From positions 33,606,001-33,670,000 of the forward strand of contig OZ249436.1 in the NCBI GenBank assembly GCA_965235115.1: DNA of 64,000 bases, given 5' to 3'. A program made the translations under genes and the position numbers. Below are positions 26,157 through 40,007 of the stretch, piece after piece. How positions within the stretch are numbered: position 1 is the first letter of the stretch; each line of letters starts with the position of its first letter. Under the pieces are notes generated by a model that was not told the DNA's origin, did not search any database, and was given only the letters and a program-made list of their open reading frames with translations. Source of the DNA: Laetmonice hystrix. Lineage: Eukaryota.

Positions 26157-29100
26157 GAAGGGGAGGGTGTATTTCATTACTTGAGGAATGGCCACAAACC
26201 CCACGATGGCTTACTGTACAATGTGTGGCGTAATGAAGGAAGCATGCCACTAGATGTTTATCGAACTGCTGACGACAAAATTCTCCTGTTATAAACATGA
26301 CGTGTGCTGCCCTCTGTGAATCAGGGTGAAATAATATGCAAAAGAATTCCTTTTCACAAAACGGATGGCGAAATTAGAAGGCGCAGTGCACGGTACTCAT
26401 GTAGAGCTCTTCAATAGGACTGATTTAGAGGAAGGAACCGTTCATCAGTTGGGAAGCTATATCTACGACAGCGCTGTCCCACAAATCCGATTAGGCCCCA
26501 ATTCTTTGTCATTACAGACTGTAAAGACAGAGCACTATTTACTTAAACCCAGAACTGGTGGTTTGGAACGGTAAAACAAAGAAATTAAAGTGATACGGAT
26601 TTCAGCTGAGTAACATCTGTAAAAAGAACTGAATAAGTGTATGTGGCGTTGGTATACTTCTAGTGAAGGTAAACATAAAAAGATTCAAAAATCCATTCTT
26701 AAAACACATTTTTGTAAACTTGGAGTCCTTAACTCTACAGAATGCAGTCATTAATTATTTCATTTTGTGTATATTACCTTCCGAAATTTTTCAATACTTT
26801 CCGCAAAAGCAAAGGCTCCTTATTAAGGAAGAATGTCAGACACATACTGCAGTGTGGAAAATGCCACGTTCAGTGTAATTTAAAGATCGGTAATGCAATT
26901 TTCAAGCGATTGATTGAGTTGGGGCAGGTAAAACGAACCCCCAATCCACAGCTTTCCTATGCGGCCGGGCGTTTCATGGAGCACAGACGAATACTGTCTC
27001 GATAACGACAGCTGCGCATACTGGTGGGTGGAGAGCGACTCGTATACTAACAGCCTTCTCTCAGCTTTCTCTCAAATCCTGATGCCGCATCATCAATTTC
27101 AGAAATGGATTCACGCCCTGAATGCGACTGTAATGTACAATACCAACAACCCAAAACCAGCGTACTCAATTATTAAAAAGAGGTAGACTCTATCAATAGT
27201 ATTACACATATCATTGGTGTTGCCATCATTATGCCCTAGAGATATTACTATTACTCAGGTCACCAGTGCTGCAGTATCTGATACTACACTTCATAGTGTT
27301 CTTATTACGGTCCCACTTCAATGATACCCGGGCTACAAGTAGCAGTGCTGAAACGACCACTCCATATGACAATATTCTGAGCACCTGTTGCCAATGCTCA
27401 CCTCCTGAGCGGCCATCGCACGGTTAATAACCAGCGAGGAGAGTGTTGCGGGCATGTGCCAGTCTGATCCTCTCTCCCGGAAGTGGACCTACGACTGACT
27501 CATTGGCACCGAGACTGCTGATATCATATAGTTCAATATTACGGTGGGGGAGTGATGTTGATAGTATAAATGGCTCTTATAGTGGTGGCTTCCAGTTTGC
27601 CTCCCGCTATGTAAGGTTCGCTGAAATGAGGTCCACGTATCCGCACCCACCCCCCTCCTCCTCTCGGCGGATATGAACATTCTCTGCAGAAACGGTTCAT
27701 AGTGTGGTCTAAAAGTGTACGTACAGAACCGTTGCAGCCTTCCCTGGTAATACAGAAATACACACTGGAAGGAATGTATTGGGTAGCACATTGCCAAAGT
27801 AGGATCTTGTATAGAATGGTCATTAGAATGGCGGACGAGGCATACCATGGTGAATCCCTCGCCCACCACTGGCTGGTGACGGACGTGAGGCCCGGAAGGA
27901 TTCTCTTAATTACGGTCTCATCCACGGCCCGGGGGAGGGATAGCTTTCCCTTCGCGGTGTTGTGAAACAGGAGCATGCCCTCAACATTTCACATCAAAGA
28001 CAAAAAATGATGAAGATGAAAGCTTCCATCGACCCTGATACCTGATGGGCCTTCAAATATAGGTCAGCGAAGGTCACAATGCCAAGCGAATCCCAATACG
28101 AATCCGTTATTTCATCAATGTTATCCAGCATGCGTGCTAAGATCTAAGAGTGGAAAGCACGCGTATGATATGGCATCAGTGATCAATAGTAATTATACGT
28201 GACTGCTGCTTATATAGGTCGAATAACCTCGATCTCGGGGTAATCACCTTGGCCGGACCATCGGCCCATGCCGTCATATTGGATCTGATGACAGAGTAAC
28301 CTGATCATGCTCATCTATATGGAACACGGCTGACCGATAGCAGTTCTGACTTGACCAAGATGTATAACAGTGGAGACCTCGGACTGGGTTGCAGAATCAG
28401 TCTTGTTACATCAGGACCAATGGTGCCACGCTAGCCCAACTATGTGGGCCTGTGAATACACCAGTTTTGGCAGAAATCGTTCAAATAATAAAATTATCCT
28501 TATTTTCTTGTATATATTATACTATTCGTCATTCCCTCATTTGTTTCCATGATTATATACGTTCTATAATGTAGGAGTTGTTTAAAGTTCAATTCGAAGC
28601 CATTACAACAGTAAGGTGAATGTATTTCAATTTTAAAAATTAAAATTGCTACCGTTTCCACCATCAGAACCGAAGCCCACTGTAAGTACTGGCTCGTCGT
28701 GTGAAGGCCGTGCGTGGTTGTCCATCGTTATCCACACCGGTTGACCTCACAACCCCGCCAATAATATATGAAGGCAACCTTATCCAAAAAAGTGCTTGTG
28801 CGGCTCCATCCATCCCTTCCAAGTGTATTGGCCTCTTTCCGTATACGTCTGCTGCCTCCCACTGATGTTTGGCGGCACTCTTTGCGGGGATTTCAAGGAA
28901 GCCGGGCCGTTTATGCGGGAGCCATATCCTTTATTACAGCCGACCCTTCACCGGATGTACCACGGATAGGTTCCGGGAGCGGGGAAGGTCAAGCCGGGGT
29001 GCTGCACTCGCCGATAGTTGGAAGGCCCTCACGCGAGACTGCTCATACAACCATCAATCCCATGACACGCACTCAGCACGGAGACTTCACCAAGAGCCTA

Positions 29101-30169
29101 CCCGCCATTTGGTGAGGAGCTCCCGGCTTTAGGTCCGAGAGACATCGGAACTTTTAATACACCTATCAGGATTCTACTTTATGGAATTGACCTTCTGCAT
29201 GGATCGCAAACTGCTCCCGTTTAATGGGATCAGAAAGTGCGCTATTAACAAAATTACTCCGAGTATGATATGTCTCGAATGGCGATAAATTGTCTGCACC
29301 AATCTTGCCCTGTAGGAGGGCATGGGAAGCTCATCCATGATACACCTCTTCCGACAATCAGGGGACAAATTATCATACCGACCTCTATTACATATACATA
29401 CACGCACACCACTCATACTGATCCACATCTTTGTACATACGATTATTTTAAGTCACTAAAGCCTTCGCTGTGGTCTGCGCCTTCTCAAGAAACAATCAGC
29501 GGTGCTTTATTGTCTGAATAACCTGCCTCATTCAAATCCGCATTGTAGCGGCGGGAAGTCCCAGACAGATCTATTCGGACCGGTGACAATGTAGGCAGCG
29601 CCACCAGCGGACGACTTGACGTAACCTCTGAACATGGCATCCATCATGGAGCCAGACGCAGTCCTTGAAGTAGGTATCCATGACAGAGACCGCAGATATT
29701 TATTGTTCTCCTCCCACGTCGATATTCTTGTGCTGAAAAAAAACCTTTCTTGTTTTTTTTCTTTTGTGCAATCTCGAAAACATGCCTCTTATGAAAAGAG
29801 AAAGTCGTGACACATGGTAAAGGTTATTAGCTGGTGAACTTCGGACATGAAGGCAGTTCTAAGTTTTGGCTAAAGTAAATGTCCTGACATCCGTCGTAGG
29901 GAAAGCTAGGCCAATTCCTGATGACACTCCCTGCATGTTCAAAAATACGTCTAAGAACATTTGCAATGTCAGATAGGTGCAGTATTTGCGTGATACCTAC
30001 ATTTTGCAGGTTTTCTGGGAATGTGGTAAATTGTTGTAATAGTACTATTTTTCTGTGCATAGTTGCACCTAGACTCGATATCATCATGTAACGCAGAGTA
30101 TTTATTTGAACGCATCAACATAATTTCTTGCAATTTTTACAAATTACTTTCCCTTTGTGTCTTCCTAAC

Positions 30170-30731
30170 ATTATACAAATATTGGATGGCGGCGAGTCCA
30201 CTATACAGTTTACGGGACGAAGAAAAGCGATAATGGACGAGGCGAAGCCGAGTCCATTATCGCTTTTCAGAGTCCCGTAAACTGTATAGTAGACGAGCTG
30301 CCATCCAACACTTGCTATATTATACACCTATAGAGGTCTATATAGGGCCTAAGTAAAATATTGATAATCCCATAAATAAAGTCGAGAACACCCGCTTATG
30401 AAAATTATGTAGGTTAAACTTTAATGAACACATTTTCTGTAACCATGGTCAATGTGACAATTGGACACATTAACTTTAGAACCCCATTAACTAGTTACTA
30501 TAGTTAACTTCATCTTATCTTATCCATCTTATCATCTTATCATCTAGAATTAGCCTGGGCAGCCGGGCAGGACTGCTCTTATCATTTAGATCTACTTTGA
30601 CGTCGTCTCTATGGTTTCCAGAGCGAGCCGTCCAATATCATATTTTACCATCCAATATCAAAATTTTCGGGACGGTCACGTGGTACAAATGGACCAATCA
30701 GATTGCTTAGCTGGGCCAGGTGTATAATATA
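30170..30731. mobile_element. Non-autonomous element with a long internal hairpin (Crypton-like, tentative)
   Basis: 57-bp inverted arms at 30182-30238 and 30252-30308 around gaggcgaagccga. Short inverted ends attataca (30170) and tgtataat (30721). ccaatcagattg lies near the right end. The family label is from recollection of similar elements, not from a search. Confidence 0.55.
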
Positions 30732-33700
30732 GGGATATATAGTTTATCAGGTTTAAACAGAGGAGCTGCTCTCAAAGATGAGACTTGATACATTCAATGT
30801 CTTTCCCACTAGACGGCCCATAACGATGTATCACATTTTGTGGGCATGGGTCGTTCATTCTTCCATACAGGTCGGTACCACTGACGCTAATAGAAACTCA
30901 AGTCAGGCATTCGAGGGGCCCCATCTGAAATGATAGAGATGACAACAAGTTGTCCATCCTTCGTCCCTCAGTTCCTCGCCAATCTTCACTTCCGGTGTAC
31001 CTCTCCTACTATCCCCGGTATTTCCGGCTCATTGCTGCAAATATACCGGCAGAGTGAATAATCTCTAAATCAGCCAACCGGCCTTTCCTTACCAACCCCC
31101 ACCCCACCTCACCAACAACCCCCACCTCACCCCTACCCCGCCCACCCCCACCCCCACTGATATTACCGGAATATACTCCTTGATGATAGTAGAATTCCAC
31201 CAGAATAATTGCTTTTTGAGAGCTGCAGGTTGATGTGAGAACCGGTCAGTTTTTTTTCCTGAAGAGGACGTTTTTTATCGACTCGATCACACCAGGCAGT
31301 CACGTAGACAGCAGTGGTTTCTAGCAGTGGATATCCTGTGTACATTCATAAGTAAAATCAATATGACTGGCAATACAGTCACGTCCTTTCGTGTTCACTC
31401 AACAATAGATAGACGGCGCTGAGGGCTGATGAGTTTTCTTTTGATCCCACATACTTGTCTTCTTTTATTTTATTATTTTTATTCTCGATACGACAAATCA
31501 CTTCAGACCTCCGTTCACGGGACAATATAGTTTGCCTTCCACCATACATATGGTATTATGATACCTGGTGCATATCAATTTGGTTAACATATAGTTTATA
31601 ACAAATTTAAGTGCGCATTTATGTGTAAATGAAACCAACGTCATGTGTCAGACGGGCTAAATTAAATTAAGTGGGCTTAATTAAAACAACTACAATAGAT
31701 TGTCACGTCTATCTGATGACCATCCATGAATTCCATTATGAAGGCAGGGAAACGGTTGGACGGCGAAAGTTGATTCCATTAAAAACTCATATTAGACGCG
31801 TTAATTCCAATTCCATAGAAGAAATGCCATACTTATGATAGGTTGATGGCACTGCAAAATTTGAGACTTTGAGAATATAGAGGCTGTTGTCTAGGAGTGG
31901 AGTCCAAACCGTCCAGTCAATGTGACTCCACCGGGAGCAGTCTCCCGCTCAATTCATCATCGTCTGCTATAGCCGAGACTTCTTCTAACGGTGGTCGGGG
32001 ATTTCGACCGGTAACTTTATTACAGCCATGCCAGATACAAGGGGCGTGAAAACGAGTGTGTCCTTAAGCTAAGCGTAACACTCCGCTTGCGCTGTCTCCG
32101 TAGATAGCACGGAGCTCCTTATAAAAAACATCGACAGCCGTATCTCAAGCGGTTCGACTCAGCCGGGAGTTATTCCTAGTCAAAGATGACTCCGAGCGCA
32201 CGGGGGCAGAAACAAGTCGAAGGCACGGTTGGCAAAAATGTGAGAAAGAGAGACTCAAAGACATTCTTCCGCTGTTGTCTTAAAGCCAGTTCACGTACAC
32301 TCGGATCGCAAGTCACACGACAAGAAACAAGCGATAATTAACTTCGGAGACACATTTGTCGCAAGTTCAATTTGCGTCATGGACGATTATAGCTTTTTGG
32401 AAATCTGCTAATTTTATTCCAATTAAAGTGGTTGCATCGCATAACAGGAAACGAATGCGATTCTGAATGTATAAAGGATTGAGCTTTTAGTGGAAAGGAA
32501 GAAAATATAGCAGAGTAGGTTCCCGCCATTAAATGCCGCATCCCTATAGGAAAACCAATAGCTCTCGTATTCTGGTAGTCCTGCAATAATCTACTGCAAA
32601 TGAAATTCTCCACAATACAGATTTACTTTATGACAAAATATGCCTTTAAGAGACCGCAAGCTCTGTGATCCACAAGATTAACCCTTTGGATTTGATTGCC
32701 AATCTCTACCGGAAGGCTGGACCTCATGCAGCGTCTATGCGGAGCACCCACCTCCAAGCTTGAAAATGAATGCCACGGTAGATCCTTTCAATTCAGGAGA
32801 AAACACACAGGCTCATATATGGACTTCGCCTAGCCCCTGTCGTTTTGTATATGTCACAAACTCTATCATTATAGCGATCTGCTTCTCATCCCTACACTAA
32901 GGAAGGCGGGATTGCATTGCATACACCATATGTTGCCCGACTACAATCAGTTGATCTAATAGCTACCGTCCTCCTTCGCTGTCCGTAAGATGGCTATTAT
33001 AAACTCGTTTTGACAAAATTATTGGTAAAGGGCATGATGTCCCATGATATATGGTTTATTATGAAAAGAACAAATAATATCGAGATTCCCAGGCCCAAGA
33101 ACTACCCGAGAGGCTAAATCTATTTTACACAACTATATTTACGTCATAGACAACGCTTTGGAATACTTCTCCCTGCTAGCTCAACTTACTTTGTATGTTG
33201 ACATTTTCACCAGAAACCATCCATACCAGAAGAAGAGGCTGTTACACAATATCCATTTCCGAGTTGTCTAAAGCCATACATTATAGATTGTATTAATACA
33301 ACGTCTTGCATTTACATACTCTACTGAAACACCTCGTAGCGGAAGTTAGGGGGCATAAGTTACTGTGGGCGTCAGTGAATGGTTTCACATAGGACACTTA
33401 TTTATATTTCAATGGACCTCCTGTTTGCTAGAGATGCTACTTTCGTGCAATATGCCCCCAGTGCACACCACAACATATTCGAGCCTCTTACAAAACTACT
33501 ATCATTATAATTCACAACCTTAAAATAGCGACTTTACAATCAGTATTTTCACAAATCTTACACCGTGCACAAATTTCACAAATCGGTCAATTAATAATTA
33601 GAGGGTTTCAGACTATTTCCAGAACTATAATTTTCTGAGAATCCTGAAGGTCAACTAAAATACCTTTGTAAAGGAATACTACGATCAGCATGCAGTAAAC

Positions 33701-34263
33701 TGTTGATTCCATATCTCCAGCCCAAGCATGGCGATAGAGGCCCTCAACAGAAAGGATTGTTCGGAAACGCTACGTTTCTCCCGAACAAGGAGACGTGGAG
33801 ATTGCTGTCTCCTACTCCGCGTCTGTCTTGTTGAAAGAAACCCCGTCTCGCGAGAAATCACGCTTTTCTTCAAACTGGAAATTGTCTTGTCTCATCACAC
33901 AACTTGACCGATTTTTGCCCTCGACCGATTAGCATGTCTTCGACACGAAACATGCACACCAAAGACATTAAAACCCCGTCATAACTTAAACGAAGACATT
34001 ACAAGTTATAGAAATGGGCCACTCACTCACTAACACGCTCAAAATAATCATTCCATTAACATGTTTACATCAAAGACGTTCTCCGTTTTTTTATACGGAT
34101 GGCAAGGATGACATCCTCGTTGAAAGTCGATTTCTGCCTAATCTACAATGGAATTACGTTGTATCATTACTTCTAGTCCATTCACTTTATGAAGTTTTTC
34201 GTACTAATTTAAAGTTTAATGCTTCAGTGTCAAATATAACGAAATGAAATCCACTCGCCTCAA

Positions 34264-34602
34264 AGGTGCTATTCGTCTCGCACAGAATGACATTTCTCCT
34301 ATCATACATTGTGCACATAGTGCTAGAAAAAATTCCTACCGATACCATTGGCCTGATAAACCTTCTATTAGTTTGTGTGCAGCACTTGAAACCTATCTCG
34401 GTGCGCACCGAGATAGAGCCATTTCCTATGGTGGGGCGTGTCAGGGTCTCCACATGCCTTCTGAGAGAGCCCAATTTGTGCCGTTATTCATGAAAAATTT
34501 TGATTTCCTTTGTTGTGAATCTATTTCCATGATAGGTGGGATCACATAAACGTCAACAAAATTAAAAATAAAAAATTGAATTTTTGTTCACGAATAGCAC
34601 CT
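34264..34602. mobile_element. Kolobok-like MITE (AGG termini, TTAA-type TSD)
   Basis: 13-bp perfect TIR aggtgctattcgt / acgaatagcacct, flanked by tcaa (34260-34263) and ttaa (34603-34606). Confidence 0.75.
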
Positions 34603-35930
34603 TTAATACTTGACTTTATAAAGATAGGCCAGTGTTTCATGTAGGCCCGTTTTGAAGCGGAGACTCCCCTCAAAAAGATCAGTTATACTCTCCTCCAAAA
34701 ATCTGTATTTCTTTTGCAAAACGTTACCCCTAAGCTATCCCAAAGTCCGTCGACTCTCCCGAAAAGGTGACATCCTCCAGAGAGGACCTTACAGGCCTAG
34801 GAGACGGGGCTTTCCGTCGCTGAGCGCACATTGCGTATTTACGAATCGAATATTCGGTATTGCACCGCGATCTGTTGGTAATACAAACTGCGTCTGTGTG
34901 TTTGCAGTGATCAGCAGAAATCACCCATGATCAGGTAGCTGCTCTGTTGTGTCATGGTCACGCACACAATCCATGCCTGCGGATTAGGTGAGCATTCCTA
35001 CAGTGTTCGTGGCCTGCATAGGTTAGCGTTTTGTACACTATGACTCTGCATATACTGCACTTAATGAATAATGACCATCTATGCACAATAAGGACTGCGA
35101 TGTGGACTTTTCAGTTGCATTGCTGCAGCAACAAATGGCACCCCATATTCATTTCAAAGGGATTTAGGGTGCATGTGCAACTAATCAATTTCCCAACGTT
35201 ATTTCCGGCAGCATTGTGACGATTGTAGAGGTTGAACCCATTTGTATCTGGCAGTAATAAAAGGGCACGTTTCAACGATTATACCTTACACTACTTAATG
35301 TGTATTGGTTCCATGGCAACACAGCTTTTCCGAGAATACTGAACCACTACAATGCGATTAATTACCTAGACAAGGCCGATATTATTCCATCTCATTAATC
35401 ACAAAGCAAACACCTTAATGAAAGGAGGATAGATGTACATGTTTCTACCTATTCAGCTGGTTGTATAATCTGTAAATGGACAAGATAAGTTGTCAAAGAC
35501 GCCGCTACTTCACATTAGTACTAATCCATTGCAAAACCCCAAAAAAGACGAAGCTGCAAGCTTTCGGAGACAGATGCAAATTCCTGTCACACGTGCTTAA
35601 ATTTCACAGCTCAACAAGCGCTGGCTGCCGCTGGGAGGGCTGCAGTGTTTCCGACATACCGGCAGGGGGATACGATCCTGACATTCTTGGCAACCTGACT
35701 CGGCATCAGCGAATACTTGCGTTCTATTAGTGCAAAAATTGGTTCTCTTCCGAGACGAAGGATCGAGCGACATTTACGACCTCATTCAATCCCTTTATGG
35801 GGACAGTAAATATTTCTCTTGCTGGCATCAGTTGGTTGGTGGGGGGAGTAGTGTCCCTAAAGCGTGTTATCATAGAAAAGACAGCTTCTGGATTGAAATA
35901 AAGTCAAGTATTGATCGTATGCACACATGA

Positions 35931-36268
35931 TTCCACCGGACGCGAGCGAGCGATTTTATCTTTCACACTCTCGCGCCTGGTCAGCACAACGCGAGCGCAT
36001 CATCTTTGACCATTTCCACCAGGGGCGAGCGCAACATGACATGACAGTGTCCAGTCTTCCGTCGCGAAGATTTCCTAGTTCACAATTCCGTTACGTCGAG
36101 CGAGCGCAAAAAGTTGAAAATTGACCAACTTTAAAAAATCGCGCGCGCGACAGACGGCATGATGTCTGTGCGCGCGTCTGTGGGAAATTACTGCAATCAC
36201 TTCAACTATTTCTACTTTTGACGCGAGCGCGCGCACCAAAACAAATCGCTCGCTCGCGTCCGGTGGAA
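35931..36268. mobile_element. MITE remnant with 26-bp perfect inverted repeats (Harbinger-like, left tip apparently lost)
   Basis: ttccaccggacgcgagcgagcgattt and aaatcgctcgctcgcgtccggtggaa, with a CG-rich gcgagcg-repeat interior. Confidence 0.75.
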
Positions 36269-38552
36269 ATCCCGCATCAACGCGACATCTGAAAGGCGTC
36301 GCAGAGGGCTCGGACGATCGGGGTGTGGACAGCTCAATAATGCAGTTAACAAGGGTAATTGACTTTTGGCTTCAGTTCGTACAGAAACACAGACTACGTA
36401 TCTATCTATAGTTAGAAAAAGGGCTTGATTCAATTGGGCCGTGGTAGATTTCGAGTCCGCGTTCTACTGTAGAGCTTCTGTCGTCAGGGCCAAAACGGAA
36501 GAAGGCCCGCGGCTGGCGATGTTAATCGAGTTCGCCTATCTCTCTCGCTGAATACAGCAACCAGTTCCAATCTATCTAAAGACCGGGCCATTCGGATGGC
36601 ACGGCACGTACTTCGAGTAGATCTACATCAGCCGTAACAGGGAACAGTCGGAAGTTGTATAGCACGACACGGAATCATTCTGCAGAGGTTTCATGAGTGC
36701 CGGTGATTTATGTAAAATATTGCACGCTGAAAGCTACACTTTGCACATTCCCCCTAGAACTATCTTTTTATGTTTTTGTGATGTGATTATTAGTAGGCAT
36801 AGGATTGGGTTAACAAACAAAGCGGAGGGCATATATGGTTAGCCTACGGCAAGAAATCAGGGTAGCCCTGTCATAATGTATCACCCCCCCCCCCCCCATA
36901 CACTTGTCAGAGGGCAGGGATATATAGCCTGTTGTGAACTGTTATCACGACCAACTCTCGACATACCATACGAGAATCTTAAGGCCTCACTAACATTGTA
37001 TCAAATGAACGAGACAGGGTCTTTTGAAGGCAGAACAAACTAACAACCTGCAGCAAGTAACCCACAAACTGACTGATAGGAGTGTGAACTGAACTGAAGC
37101 TCAGACGGATTCAACAGTTTTTAGGTTTTCAAGGATACAATTTGATCGCAATTCCATACAGATCGTTAAACGACCTCTTCGATGTGTCGGGAAAGATATT
37201 CGCAGCCTTGTAATTACTCATTCTCATTCAAAGACATCCTCCGATAATTCCACATGGGAACGTGGGTCGTTAAGGAAATGTATTACCACCAACTTGATTA
37301 GCTGCCGCTGAATATTCATTTCTTCTGGCTGCATCTCTTCCCTCCCATTCGATTTTGATGTCCAATTATAACATCACAAAACCATCTCTCTTACTCCTCA
37401 GCCTGCACTATAACAATGCCCCAGTACATGAAGTACGGTGGCGTACAGCCACAATATTAATGTTGGATGGTTGCACAGACAGACGCTCTCACACCACCTG
37501 CACCACAGATTCTATAAGATTAGTCTCTTGTAAATTCACAATGACACAATGGGGGATGACACAACAATACAGCTCAGGGCCAGAGTTAACATATCTCTCC
37601 CTGTGTCATCCAACACACAATAGGTATGGGGGAATTTATATTCAACCACCCTGCGTTGTCCCCACCCCAGACGGCATAAACTCGCACAGTCTAGGGTGAT
37701 TTGTATACCATAAATTATCCCCGTCTCTAAAGCCTCTCCCTCCCCTGCACCGTCTCAAGTCTTCCCATTCCGACTCGTTCCGGTAAGGTAACTAAATAAA
37801 ATCGCGTCAATTTGGTTTGTTTACCTGCGGCAAGACAACATCTACTGCGGCCTGGGTTGTGACCAACGACGACCGAATGCCGGGGCCGATAAGACACCGT
37901 CTCATTTCACAAGCTCGTCCATCCTCAGTTCTGGTTGACCCAAGCTAATGTGGCCCGACTGAGGCCAGTGTGCTGTGGTGGGATGCTGTGGATGTGGGAT
38001 GGGCGACTGCTCCCGGCAGCAGACTCCCAGTGACTGCCGATAAATAACAGTTGAAAACGACGCTAATGGCTACCCGCCATAATCGACCGAATCGGTGGAG
38101 ATCGTCCCCGCTTCTATACGGACGAGGATCTATTATTTGCCTCGGGATATTTTGTCTTCAGACAGGATCGACAGTCCCGGGGGGAGGGGGGGGGGGGGGT
38201 TAAAGATATACATGTTCGGTGGACAGCCGACTGCATTAGGACACATTACAGGGTCACGAAGTTCAAAATAACTCGGACAGACAATTTTTTTGGGTTGTTG
38301 GTTTGGACATTTTAGGCTTTTGAAATATGTCTAGCCGATATCCACGATGCAGACATTTTATTACACGCTGATGCGGTAGGAGCTTTGGAAGAGATGTCCG
38401 TCTTCTGCTGCAGTGGAAATCTTTGCTTTCGATCAGAGAAATTGGCACATTTGAACGAAAGCGTCAAAGACGAGGAAACAGCCGGTGCTGATGTATGGCG
38501 CGTTCTGTCTTCCAGAAATTAACATAATGGATTTTCCTCATGTTATTCTTAT

Positions 38553-38721
38553 ACGTACTGGTACACGAGTTCTGGTATAGACGTATTGGTACACGAGTTC
38601 TGGTATAGACGTATTGGTACACGAGTTCTGGTATAGACGTATTGGTACACGAGTTCTGGTATAGACGTATTGGTACACGAGTTCTGGTATAGACGTATTG
38701 GTACACGAGTTCTGGTATAGA
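38553..38721. repeat. Minisatellite, 28 bp x 6 (tggtacacgagttctggtatagacgtat)
   Basis: Unit starts at 38559 and 38587 give a period of 28. Copies are near-identical. Confidence 0.96.
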
Positions 38722-38883
38722 TATGTAATTAAAACATTCTTTTCTTATATGCTTCTTCTGATCAAGGACAGGCAGCCAATGAATGTAAACCAATACAAGA
38801 AACGTGACTTTCATTGACTTACTTTGGTAATACGTATAAACGTAGAGATGTATAGTTAAAGGCCTCTATTCATCTGTACGATT

Positions 38884-39089
38884 CCGTTTTCCGTTTCCGT
38901 TTTCCAATTCTCTTATTTGGCATGGCACTGTTTCCAATGTGGGCGGTTTGTCTTCCGGTTCCTGCTTACAATATACATGAGTGATCGAAACGCGGACGGA
39001 TAACGGAAACGGACGCACGGAAACGGACGCGCCACGGAAACGGACCCACGGAAACGGACGCACGGAAACGGACACATGGAAATGGACGC
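38884..39089. repeat. Inverted ccgttt / acggaaacgg low-complexity repeat, probably a transposon remnant
   Basis: An ccgttttccgtttccgtttt tract at 38885-38905 is opposed by (acggaaacggacgc)n at 38990-39089. Confidence 0.6.
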
Positions 39090-39107
39090 CAACCGTTCAG
39101 TGCCTTA

Positions 39108-40007
39108 AGCCCCTGTCACACTTTCCCGGATCAAGCGACGGTTTGGAATCATCCGTAGCGGAAGGCGATCCGGCAGCTTCCGTGACCTGGAAAGGCGATG
39201 ATGCGTGAAACTCCGTATCCAGAACGGGTTGATACGGGTTGACACGGCTCCAGTAGGGGTTACTACGACATTGTTACGGGTTGAGAAGGATTGTTACGGA
39301 TAGCTTCCCGGGGCTACTCCGTATAGGTACGGCTTACTATGGCTCACTACGGCTGTCTTACGGGTTGATGCGGTTCCACTACGGATTACTACGGGCTGTT
39401 ACGTATCTCCGACGGGTTATTACGGATCGAACAGGTTGGGGTGCTCGCCAATATATAGGCGAGCGTCACCACGTGCCACACGCGTTGGCTACCTTGTTTT
39501 GAAGCAACCCGTAGCAAGCCATACCAACCCATCACAATACGTAGGGTACCACCGTAGCACACCGTATCAACCCGTAGTGGATACGCACCAATACTTTGTG
39601 TGATCCGTTCCTATACTTACCAATACTTACCTATGCGTACCAACCCGGGAAGGATACCTAACAACACGTAGTGGATCCATCACCGATCACGTGATCACGG
39701 CTTACTAGGGAAACGCTAAGTGTCCACTAAGGGTTCCTACGTATCGCCTACGGGTTACTACGGGTCATCTACGGGTTGCTACGGATCCGCTACGGCGATT
39801 TTATCCGTGGTCGAAATCGAAAAAGTTTTGAACATGTTCAAAACTTTTCCACGGATCGAAAGACCGCTACGAATCGGTACGGGTTGCCACGGGTAGCTAC
39901 GGAACATCCCGGATCACGCCGGATCGGACCACGGATCATGCCGGATGCGCCCGTAGCCCCGATCCGGCAAGACCCGGCGCGCGATCCGGGAAAGTGTGAC
40001 GGGGGCT
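39108..40007. mobile_element. 900-bp PIF/Harbinger-type non-autonomous transposon
   Basis: TIR agcccctgtcacactttcccggatc / gatccgggaaagtgtgacgggggct (1 mismatch in 25). 3-bp TTA TSD at 39105-39107 and 40008-40010, and TWA is typical of PIF/Harbinger. The interior is tacgg/ccgta-rich and has no transposase ORF. Confidence 0.92.

Noticed and set aside
27489..27976. 126-145 aa minus-strand ORFs, including an acceptor followed by Cys (CVFLYY...)
   Set aside because: No recognisable domain, no KCNMB loop Cys pattern and no TM2.
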